From Hyphomicrobiales bacterium (lineage in GTDB: Bacteria; Pseudomonadota; Alphaproteobacteria; Parvibaculales; Parvibaculaceae), in the NCBI GenBank assembly GCA_015655095.1, contig JAATFR010000130.1, forward strand, positions 1-34,551: a DNA stretch of 34,551 nucleotides. Direction: 5' to 3'. A program made the position numbers and the translations under genes. Under the pieces are notes generated by a model, which ran no database searches, was not told the origin of the DNA, and worked only from the letters and a program-made list of their open reading frames with translations. Shown one piece after another: positions 27,811-34,551 of this stretch. How positions within the stretch are numbered: the first letter of the stretch is position 1; every line of letters starts with the position of its first letter.

Positions 27811-28590
27811 TCAGCGATAAACGATGCCGCCATCAGTCAGGATGGCCTGTCCCGTGATGTAGTCGGAATCTGGGCTGGCGAGGAAGGATATCAGCGCGGC
27901 AACATCATCCGGCGTCTGGGCACGGCCCAGAGCGATTCCGTCTACATATTTCTTGTAGGTCTCGCCCTTCGGGGCTCCTGTGAGCTCAGAAAACTGCTCG
28001 TCGATCTCTACCCACATATCCGTGCCGACAATGCCAGGGCAATAGGCGTTCACTGTAATGCCTGCACTGGCATATTCCTTGGCAGCGGCTTGTGTCAGGG
28101 CGCGCACCGCAAATTTGGTCGCAGAATAAATGCCGAGCATCGCGAAGCCGTCATGCCCCGCGATCGAAGATGCATTGATAATCTTGCCCTTCTGACCACG
28201 TTTCGTGAACTTTGCCCCAGCAGCCTGAATACCCCACAAGACGCCGTCTACATTTATCTTGAAAATGCGATCCAGATCCTCAGGCAAGACGGCTGACAGC
28301 GGCTTGACCTGCGCGATACCCGCGTTGTTAACCATCACATCGAAGCCGCCAAGCGCCTTTTCGGCGTGGTCCACTGCGGCATAAACCTCATCGCGTTGAC
28401 TGACATCCGCGGTAAACGTCGTTGCCTTGCGACCGAGCGCCTCGATCTCCTTCGCGACGAGAGCAATCTTGTCTGTCTTGACATCTACAAGAACGACATC
28501 AGCTCCATCCCTGGCAAGCCGCAGCGCTATGCCGCGTCCGATACCCTGCCCTGCACCTGTAACGAGCACAACCTTACCGTCGATCGACAT
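27811..28590 (-). CDS. budC: Short-chain dehydrogenase/reductase, acetoin reductase / 2,3-butanediol dehydrogenase-like
   Basis: [21 protein letters not shown], and the catalytic S..Y...K in [23 protein letters not shown] are present. The C-terminal [10 protein letters not shown]...[11 protein letters not shown] is as in BudC-type enzymes. The symbol is tentative. Confidence 0.75.
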   Translation of the reverse strand: MSIDGKVVLVTGAGQGIGRGIALRLARDGADVVLVDVKTDKIALVAKEIEALGRKATTFTADVSQRDEVYAAVDHAEKALGGFDVMVNNAGIAQVKPLSAVLPEDLDRIFKINVDGVLWGIQAAGAKFTKRGQKGKIINASSIAGHDGFAMLGIYSATKFAVRALTQAAAKEYASAGITVNAYCPGIVGTDMWVEIDEQFSELTGAPKGETYKKYVDGIALGRAQTPDDVAALISFLASPDSDYITGQAILTDGGIVYR

Positions 28591-28623
28591 ATCAGCACTC
28601 CGGTTGGTTTGTTGGGCCAGATC

Positions 28624-28653
28624 GCTGCCCGGTCTGTCTCGAAACCGGGCAGC
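28624..28653 (-). other. Intercistronic perfect 10-bp hairpin between the ALDH and SDR genes
   Basis: gctgcccggt (28624-28633) pairs with accgggcagc (28644-28653) around a 10-nt loop. No T-run follows on either strand, so it is not a canonical terminator. It may be an mRNA processing or stability element. Confidence 0.35.
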
Positions 28654-28665
28654 GGAAAGTTATTC

Positions 28666-30057
28666 TCAGAACGGAGCGTCGATATCGACGACGTCGATGA
28701 GCTTATGGTTGACGAACTCCTTGATGCCAAGACCGAGCAGTTCGCGGCCATAGCCGGAGCGCCGGACTCCACCGAAGGGCAAGTCCGCCTTGACCATGGT
28801 CGGATGGTTGACAAACACCATGCCGGTCGAGATTTTCTTCGCTACTTCCAAGCCATGCTCAGGATTGGAGGTGAAAACAGAGCCGCCAAGTCCGAACGGG
28901 GAATCATTGGCGATGCGCACGGCATCTGCCTCGTCCTTGGCTCTGAACAACATGGAGACGGGCCCGAAGAACTCCCAGTAGCGGGCGGGGTTGTCCTCGC
29001 CAACATCAGTCAGGATCGTCGGCTGGACAAAAGCGCCCTGATTGGGAACGCTTGGACCAACTTCCTGTGCCTTGGCACCAAGAGCCACAGCCTTTCGAAT
29101 CTTCTCCTTGACCTCCTCGGCCGCCGTCAACGAGGAGAGGGGGGCAAGCGTCGTCGCCGGATCCAGAGGATCGCCCGCCTTCAGGGCAGCAACGCCTTTG
29201 GTGTAGCTTTCAAGAAATTTATCATAGACCTCATCGACGATGATCATGCGCTTTGAGGAAACACAGACCTGACCGCCATTCCAGTGGCGCCCGAAGACAG
29301 CCCAGTCGACGGTCTTTTTCATGTCAGCATCGGCCAGCACAACAAAGGCGTCGGCGCCTCCGAGTTCCATTGTCGACTTCTTCAGCGCCTTGCCTGCCTG
29401 GGACGCAACAATTGATCCAGCATCTTCCGAGCCGGTCAGGGCCACACCATGTACACGCGGATCATTGATGATCAGCTCAATCTGGGAACGGGTGGCATAG
29501 AGGTTCCTGAAGGCACCCTCCGGCAGACCGGCTTCTTTCATCAACGCCTCGAAAGCAGCGGCACTCTGCGGCACATTGGAGGCGTGCTTGAGCAGCATGG
29601 TGTTGCCGGCGGAAAGCTGGGGCGCAATGATGCGGGCTATCTGGTAATATGGAAAATTCCACGGCTCGATGCAGAGAAGCACCCCGAGCGGCTCATGTAC
29701 GAGAATTGCCTTGCCCTCGGCAGACTGTGCAACCGGCAACGCCTCAGGGGCGAGGAGCTTCTTGGTGTTGGTGACGTAGTACTCGAAAATAAGCGCAGAC
29801 AATTCGACTTCCGCCTTCGCTTCAGAGAGCAGCTTGCCCATCTCCAGCGTCAGGATATTGGCATAGGCGTCTGAATTCTTGCGCAGTATATCAGCCGCCT
29901 TCTGCATCACCTTGGCGCGCTCTTCGAACGAGATTTCCCGCCATGACAGAAATGCATTATGCGCATCTTCGATCGCCTGCTTCACCTCCACATCCGTTGC
30001 ATCAGCGAAGGTCTTCACTACTTTCCCCGTATAGGGGTTCGTCGTTGCATAGGCCAT
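28666..30057 (-). CDS. NAD(P)-dependent succinate-semialdehyde dehydrogenase-like ALDH (YneI/Sad type)
   Basis: 463 aa, colinear with E. coli YneI as I recall it: NP.TG......, EPWNFPYYQ, LKHASNVP, MELGGADAF, the catalytic Cys in GGQVCVSSKR, and FGGVRRSGYGRE. GGAGG lies 6 nt upstream of the ATG. Confidence 0.85.
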   Translation of the reverse strand: MAYATTNPYTGKVVKTFADATDVEVKQAIEDAHNAFLSWREISFEERAKVMQKAADILRKNSDAYANILTLEMGKLLSEAKAEVELSALIFEYYVTNTKKLLAPEALPVAQSAEGKAILVHEPLGVLLCIEPWNFPYYQIARIIAPQLSAGNTMLLKHASNVPQSAAAFEALMKEAGLPEGAFRNLYATRSQIELIINDPRVHGVALTGSEDAGSIVASQAGKALKKSTMELGGADAFVVLADADMKKTVDWAVFGRHWNGGQVCVSSKRMIIVDEVYDKFLESYTKGVAALKAGDPLDPATTLAPLSSLTAAEEVKEKIRKAVALGAKAQEVGPSVPNQGAFVQPTILTDVGEDNPARYWEFFGPVSMLFRAKDEADAVRIANDSPFGLGGSVFTSNPEHGLEVAKKISTGMVFVNHPTMVKADLPFGGVRRSGYGRELLGLGIKEFVNHKLIDVVDIDAPF

Positions 30058-30415
30058 GACAGCCTCCTTTATCTGTTACAGTCGACATTGATCAGCAAAG
30101 TTGGAATCCCTGTAGCATCTGCATGAGCACGGCCAGGGCGTCGCCACGGACCATGCTGCGACTCTCAACCTGGAAGAGCAAGTTTTCGCCACTGGAATAG
30201 CCCTTGCCTATCCACATACGAACACGCGCCGGGTAACCCGATCATCGTTCAGCATTGGCATGTCTGGACTGGGGAGGATTTGCGATGCTCACCAGCAGAG
30301 TGACCAGATCATTTATCCTGACAAGAAGGCTATCACCGGTTGGGCGGAAGATATCGTTTTGTCTTCCGCGACAAAAAGTAACGTCGGCATCGGTAAACAC
30401 TAGGCTCATGTCACG

Positions 30416-30680
30416 CCATACGACAGTGCTACCTGCTACGCGCCACTACGTCGGTCATTTGCCGCTTGAATAGTGAAGCTGCTCAGATGCCGGCACCAAT
30501 GTACCGGCATCAAGGAGCGCAAAGAGCTCTGCCTTGTCCATCGTCATCATGGCAGGGGAATCCTCCGTCAGGAATACGACCGTGTAGCCCGGTGACGAGC
30601 TGGTTGCCGGGCTCTGTATCACCGCCATTGCTAGGCGCAACCTTGATCCTGGCCTCGACGGTAAAGACATAGGTCCATCC
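30416..30680 (-). pseudogene. Degraded fragment of an FbpA-like ferric-binding protein gene
   Basis: The minus-strand translations align to residues of the intact FbpA (6460..7491). WTYVFTVEARIKVAPSNGGDTEPGNQLVTG aligns to [32 protein letters not shown], followed by a frameshift. VVFLTEDSPAMMTMDKAELFALLDAGTL then aligns to [28 protein letters not shown]. Next come in-frame TGA and TAG codons and VAGSTVVW, which aligns to [10 protein letters not shown]. There is no N-terminus or signal peptide and no C-terminal half. The boundaries are approximate. Confidence 0.65.
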
Positions 30681-30813
30681 ATATCGAGGAGAGCCAGATC
30701 ATCAGAGGAACCCGCTCCAGCCAGATTTATCCCCGGGGGAAAACAGTTGCTTAGGAGACGGCCCCAATCCCTTCCAAATCAGTCTTACCGGTTTTCGACA
30801 AAATGGTTAGATT

Positions 30814-30832
30814 GATATTGAAAGCTATTATC
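30814..30832. promoter_or_regulatory. Fur-box-like operator upstream of the ECF-sigma remnant
   Basis: GATATTGAAAGCTATTATC matches GATAATGATAATCATTATC at 14 of 19 positions. It lies about 75 nt upstream of ATG 30907. Confidence 0.4.
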
Positions 30833-30906
30833 AAATAACATACTGGCAAATGGCGCCTTCGCACTGAGGCGTTTCCAGATATCAAGGGCAGAGCCTGGTA
30901 GAGTCG

Positions 30907-31593
30907 ATGAGCGTCCAGACAATAGACATTGCCGGTTTGTATATAGCGGAACAAGGTCGGTTAAAGCGGCTCGTCAGGCGCCTCGTGGAGAACAGGTCCA
31001 CTGCGGATGATCTGGTACAGCAGGCATTCGAGAAGCTGCTGAGGACGGTAGAGTATGGCAACCCTGAGAATTGTCCCGCCTATCTGACCAGCACGGTGCG
31101 AAACCTTGCCCTCAACCATATCTATGGTGTTGAAGGGAAGGTTCGAAATCGCGGCCTTGAACTGAATATATTCGGCGAGCTCACAGACGAATTAAGACTT
31201 CTCGGAGGCGCCACGTTTATGGATGGCGTTCAGACCAAGACCCTCAATGGTTTAACAGACGGGAAAAAGGCCATTGGCATTCCCGACACACAGATCAACC
31301 TTGGTGCGGAATGGGATACTCCATTCATCACAGGCCTGACCCTGACAGGGCGCGCCATATATACAGACTCTCAATACGCCAGCATTGATAACACGCAAAG
31401 CATACCGGACTGGACACGCTTCGACCTTGGTGCGCGCTACACATTCAACTGGCAAAATGGAAAGCCGCTCACAATTCGCGCCAGCATTGAGAATGTCTTC
31501 GACAAAAGCTACTGGGCAGCGGCCTCAACCAACTTCGGGCTCGCACGTGGCGCGCCACGCACATTCCTTGTATCCACGACTCTGGACTTCTGA
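30907..31593 (+). pseudogene. In-frame deletion hybrid: FecI/PvdS-like ECF sigma factor N-terminus fused to the C-terminal barrel strands of a TonB-dependent siderophore receptor
   Basis: Residues 1 to about 72 (LYIAEQGRLKRLVRRLVENRSTADDLVQQAFEKLL...CPAYLTSTVRNLALNHI) read as sigma-70 region 2 of an iron-starvation ECF sigma. From about residue 73 the text is GVEGKVRNRGLELNIFGEL...LGAEWDTPF..GLTLTGRAIYTDSQYA...RFDLGARYTF...LTIRASIENVFDKSYW...APRTFLVSTTLDF. That reads as TonB-dependent-receptor terminal beta-strands ending in the canonical C-terminal Phe. The junction is near nt 31118-31126. Confidence 0.7.
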
Positions 31594-31665
31594 GGCAGAC
31601 ATCTGAATATTGCCCTCGACCAGACTCTTCTCATCAAAGAGTCAGCAGGTACGGCCCAAAATCCC

Positions 31666-31691
31666 GGTAATCAGGTTCAGACCTGATTACC
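31666..31691 (+). other. Perfect 11-bp hairpin downstream of the receptor remnant
   Basis: ggtaatcaggt (31666-31676) pairs with acctgattacc (31681-31691) around a 4-nt loop. No T-run follows. A second 7-bp hairpin, gactctt/aagagtc, lies at 31623-31643. They may be a degenerate terminator. Confidence 0.3.
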
Positions 31692-31859
31692 CTCCTCGGC
31701 AAGCCATTCCTGTCCCTGTTTTCTGCTCCACCTTCAGGTGCGGGGATTATCGAAAGGGCGCATGATTCTGCCGCAGAAAAAGATTGCGAGCGGCAATCGA
31801 GATGCAGGTTTCGTATACTCTGAGTCGAAACTGAATCGAACACAGCCATATATGCCGAT

Positions 31860-32873
31860 ATGAACAGAATAAAACATGGAGAAGGCAAGATAAAGGCCTC
31901 GCGCGTCAAGCCTGGCGCAGCACCACAACCCCGGCAGGATTCTCCGTCTCCGCCTCAGCCCCGAACAATCTTCCTCAAGCGTACGGACAGGATCGTCACG
32001 ACAACGCAAGGCATTCCCGATCATCTTACGACACGCTGGATTTGCTTTACCGCTGGCGCCATAGGCACGGCTATTGGCGGCGAATTATTGATCGCCCTTT
32101 TTTCTCAACCCCTGCCGAATGATGCTGGGCCTGCTGCTGGCGTCCTTCTGGGATTTCTTGCATTCGCCATGACCGCTATGTCAGTTCTGCTGATACGTGA
32201 GGGATTCCGGACAGGCGCCTGGTTTACAGTGGGATCAGCGGGCATCCATTATGGCAACGGACGACTCGACCCACAGAAAAACATGGGGACGCAGATTGAA
32301 TGGCAAGAGATCGTCAGAAACCCGGAAACATCATGTGACATCACAATCCGGCATGAAGGCACCTACGGAAATCTGAAAGTACCCGGGATAAAATTCTGGC
32401 GTTGCACCCAACAGGGAAAGCTGGTCGAGCGCACGATACCGTTATGGCTGACGGAAAATATGTTGAAATGCTTTCGCTTTGGTAATGCGCAGGAAGTACG
32501 CATTGCCTTGCTGCAAGGGCTGGCGGGATGCCCCGGGCTTCGCTTTCATCCTGATGTGTTTGTTGAAGCAGGGGTTGATCCGCAAACATGGAAATCGATG
32601 CGCAGGCCTGAGATTGTTGACTGGAGCATTCTCATGTTTGCATTAGCAATCTGGTTTGCTTTTGCGCTCACCATGCTGGACACACTTCCCTTCATTGCCC
32701 TGTTCGCAAGCTTTCTTGCCATTCTCGGAATAGCTGTTTTGATCTCGACCAGGTTTCATCGGGTGGCCTATCCCGGTTTCACGGACTCTATATGCTTTTG
32801 TCCGGAGCATGAGCCTGAAATGACAGAGGATCATCCGGTTCAACCTGAACAGAAGAGCGAGGGGCAATATTGA
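31860..32873 (+). CDS. Hypothetical membrane protein (2 TM, a soluble domain of about 140 aa, then 2 TM)
   Basis: 337-aa ORF. It begins with a Pro/Gln-rich low-complexity N-terminus. TM pairs lie at about residues 60-115 (WICFTAGAIGTAIGGELLIALF and GVLLGFLAFAMTAMSVLLI) and about 255-305. I recognise no family. The coding call rests on ORF length, coherent TM topology and coupling to the next ORF. Confidence 0.55.
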   Translation: MNRIKHGEGKIKASRVKPGAAPQPRQDSPSPPQPRTIFLKRTDRIVTTTQGIPDHLTTRWICFTAGAIGTAIGGELLIALFSQPLPNDAGPAAGVLLGFLAFAMTAMSVLLIREGFRTGAWFTVGSAGIHYGNGRLDPQKNMGTQIEWQEIVRNPETSCDITIRHEGTYGNLKVPGIKFWRCTQQGKLVERTIPLWLTENMLKCFRFGNAQEVRIALLQGLAGCPGLRFHPDVFVEAGVDPQTWKSMRRPEIVDWSILMFALAIWFAFALTMLDTLPFIALFASFLAILGIAVLISTRFHRVAYPGFTDSICFCPEHEPEMTEDHPVQPEQKSEGQY

Positions 32874-32881
32874 GAGATCTG

Positions 32882-33262
32882 ATGGAAACCTTGGCCGACA
32901 CCGGCATGAACCTCATTCAGAATATATATTTTATGCTTGCCTGCGGTCTGGGGATGGGGGTGGGTGTTGTCATACAAATCCTGCCCTACAGGCCTTTATC
33001 GATTCTCGCCAGGATCAGAAACGTCCTTGCCGTGACAATGGGCATGGTGATCGTGCTGACGATAGCTTTCTGTCTGCTGCTTGCCTTGCTCGCCAGCCTC
33101 TATGACAAATATTATTTTTTCGGCGTGCCGATCACCTTCAACTATATGGCAAATTCCCTGCTGCTGTCTCTCACCGGTTTGCTGCTGAACAGATTCTGGG
33201 GCCGGAAACGCCGCCAGCAACTTGCAATCAAAGAGCTGGGCAGCAGCGGCCCAGTTGATTAG
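32882..33262 (+). CDS. Hypothetical small membrane protein (3 predicted TM)
   Basis: 126 aa from the ATG at 32882 (METLADTG...). The track start 32870 is a TTG overlapping the upstream stop. Three hydrophobic helices are followed by a basic tail, RFWGRKRRQQ. It starts 9 nt after the stop of the 337-aa gene. Confidence 0.5.
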   Translation: METLADTGMNLIQNIYFMLACGLGMGVGVVIQILPYRPLSILARIRNVLAVTMGMVIVLTIAFCLLLALLASLYDKYYFFGVPITFNYMANSLLLSLTGLLLNRFWGRKRRQQLAIKELGSSGPVD

Positions 33263-33277
33263 GAACACCCCCCACCT

Positions 33278-34285
33278 TCAGACGTGTTTCGTCTCTGCCT
33301 CTGAGCGGTGGCGGATGACATTGAGCACAGTTCCATGGAAGTCATTCAGGAAAATGTGCCCCCACCAGTCACAATAGGCATTGATGGGCGTGTTGATGAC
33401 ATACCGGGTTGTCAGGGTCAGTCGGGTTTTGCCATCGGGCAAAGGCTCAAGATGATAATCACCACCGACGAGCTTCAGATAGGAACTTTCAACCTTGATA
33501 TGGCCTTCGACCGCTTTTGGAATGGAGTCCGGTCCGAAGTGGAAACTCCACGACAGATACCTATCTGACTGCCCCCCCTGTAACGATCTCCTCAAATGTC
33601 ACACCGCGCGTCCACCGCAGATGCCGGATAGCGCCAACGCCTTGCCCCTCCAGTCCGCATCGACCAGCTTTGGCACGCCGACGATATTATGACTGAAAGT
33701 CCACTTCAGCTCTTGCGGAGCGATATCTGGAATCTGAACGGTATTTTTCCAGACCGTTTGCACCGGCGCATTGATGGTGATGACGGTCTGAACCTGGCTT
33801 TCATCTGTTGGCGCCGGAATCAGCGGCTCAGCAGGCAGTCCTGCAAGCGGAAGAATGACAAGACAGGATATTATGGATCTGGACCTAAACTTGCGTAGTG
33901 AGAGGCTCGATATGAACGCCCCCAAAGCTGATCCGGCATAAAAAAACGGCGCAGCCATCGCAATGCATATGCCACCCTCTTTCAGAATCACAATGGACAG
34001 CACGATAAAAAGCGTAATGCAGATCCAGCCGATCTTGATCTGCCGCCAAAGGCTGCCTTCGCCGCGCGGATCGGCCAGAATAGTGACGACACTGGTGATC
34101 GCGATGGGAAAAAAGACGAGCCCTCCCACAAAGGGAAGGCTCGATCCATTGGGCCGCTCATCGGGAAACCAAACCACGAAGTAAAGAATTACCCCGTAGA
34201 TGAGCGCGGCTGGAATTGCGAAAATCAGGCGTTCGGCAAGGGATGGCCGGTTGGCTGACTCCGGAGTTTCAGACAAGGACGACAC
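33278..34285 (-). pseudogene. Membrane-anchored SRPBCC (START/Bet v1-like) family protein, disrupted by two compensating frameshifts and a resulting TGA
   Basis: ORFs 33599..34285 and 33278..33595 are in the same frame, separated by TGA (33599-33601). Between about 33655 and 33575 the conserved-looking text (LEGQGVGAIRHLRWTRGVTFEEIVTGG) lies in another frame. Dropping one C from the C7 run at 33572-33578 rejoins it to QSDRYLSWSF... of the downstream ORF. The N-terminal 150 aa form 4-5 TM helices. Confidence 0.6.
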
Positions 34286-34496
34286 CTCTCCCGCATCGTT
34301 TACTGAAAACAGCAGACATTCATCATCTTACGGACAAAAGCCAGCATCATCATGGCAGCCTGCCCCACACAGACCGCACCTCAGCACATTTGTCTCATAA
34401 CATCCAGAAATGGGGAAGGCGCCATCACACACGCGCCAGCAGGTTGCGCCCTGATTTCCTTCTAATACTGTTTACGAGCTTGTGATCTTCGGGAAC

Positions 34497-34535
34497 GACA
34501 AAAAGCCCACCATCTATAATGATGGTGGGCTTTTT
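34497..34535. terminator. Bidirectional rho-independent terminator
   Basis: A perfect 10-bp stem pairs gcccaccatc (34505-34514) with gatggtgggc (34521-34530) around a 6-nt loop. It is flanked by caaaaa on the left and ttttt on the right, so it is followed by a U-run on both strands. Confidence 0.75.
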
Positions 34536-34537
34536 AT

Positions 34538-34551
34538 TGGTTGCGGGGACA
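34538..34551 (-). tRNA. Probable 3' end of an initiator tRNA-Met (truncated by the window edge)
   Basis: The minus strand reads ...TGT-CCCCGCA-A-CCA, that is a 7-nt acceptor 3' strand, discriminator A and an encoded CCA. This is identical to the CCCCGCAACCA end of bacterial tRNA-fMet and is immediately followed by the terminator above. Only 14 nt are visible. Confidence 0.4.

Noticed and set aside
30255-30473. A 72-aa plus-strand ORF, and 30466..30672(+), in the region upstream of the YneI-like ALDH.
   Set aside because: They are antisense to the FbpA-like remnant, which explains the open frames. The translations have no features.
33599-33601. The in-frame TGA in the SRPBCC gene as a selenocysteine codon.
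   Set aside because: The conserved-looking peptide around it lies in a different frame, so the TGA is exposed by frameshifting. No SECIS-like hairpin lies immediately downstream, and the family is not a selenoprotein family.
1-34551. CRISPR arrays, tandem repeats, IS elements, integrases, toxin-antitoxin pairs and recognisable phage-defence genes.
   Set aside because: Reading both strands and the ORF track, I found no regularly spaced direct repeats and no transposase, recombinase, nuclease or helicase-type translations. A short or degenerate element could still have been missed without computational repeat finding.

Overview
High-GC proteobacterial, probably alphaproteobacterial, chromosomal segment (my judgement, not a search result). 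It is dominated by transport and redox catabolism, and I saw no transposase, integrase, phage gene or CRISPR array.

Gene order, left to right:
- Two convergent glycosyltransferase-like genes, then a VOC/glyoxalase gene.
- An aldehyde dehydrogenase (ALDH).
- An FbpABC-type ferric-iron ABC transporter with a Fur-box-like operator.
- A roughly 16 kb composite catabolic locus (7.7-23.7 kb). It holds two paralogous GntR/FCD regulators, two choline-dehydrogenase-like GMC oxidoreductases (one interrupted by an in-frame TAG), an ALDH and a sugar-type (CUT1) ABC transporter. It also holds a hydroxyproline-like module: a proline-racemase-superfamily enzyme, a DapA-like enzyme and a 2,5-dioxovalerate-type ALDH.
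- An oleate hydratase, two Zn-alcohol dehydrogenases, an acetoin-reductase-like short-chain dehydrogenase (SDR) and a YneI-like ALDH.
- A more AT-rich, visibly decaying tail. It contains an FbpA-like fragment, an in-frame fusion of an ECF-sigma N-terminus to a TonB-dependent-receptor C-terminus, two unrecognisable membrane proteins and a double-frameshifted SRPBCC membrane protein. It ends with a strong bidirectional terminator and what looks like the 3' end of an initiator tRNA.

Most interesting points:
- The orphan catabolic locus, with a recurring GTATCC-type operator motif and a proline-racemase-like enzyme that appears to have a Ser/Cys rather than Cys/Cys catalytic pair.
- Four independent gene-inactivation events.
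- The uncharacterised two-gene membrane module.

All functional calls come from reading the translations and from remembered family motifs. Nothing was searched against a database.
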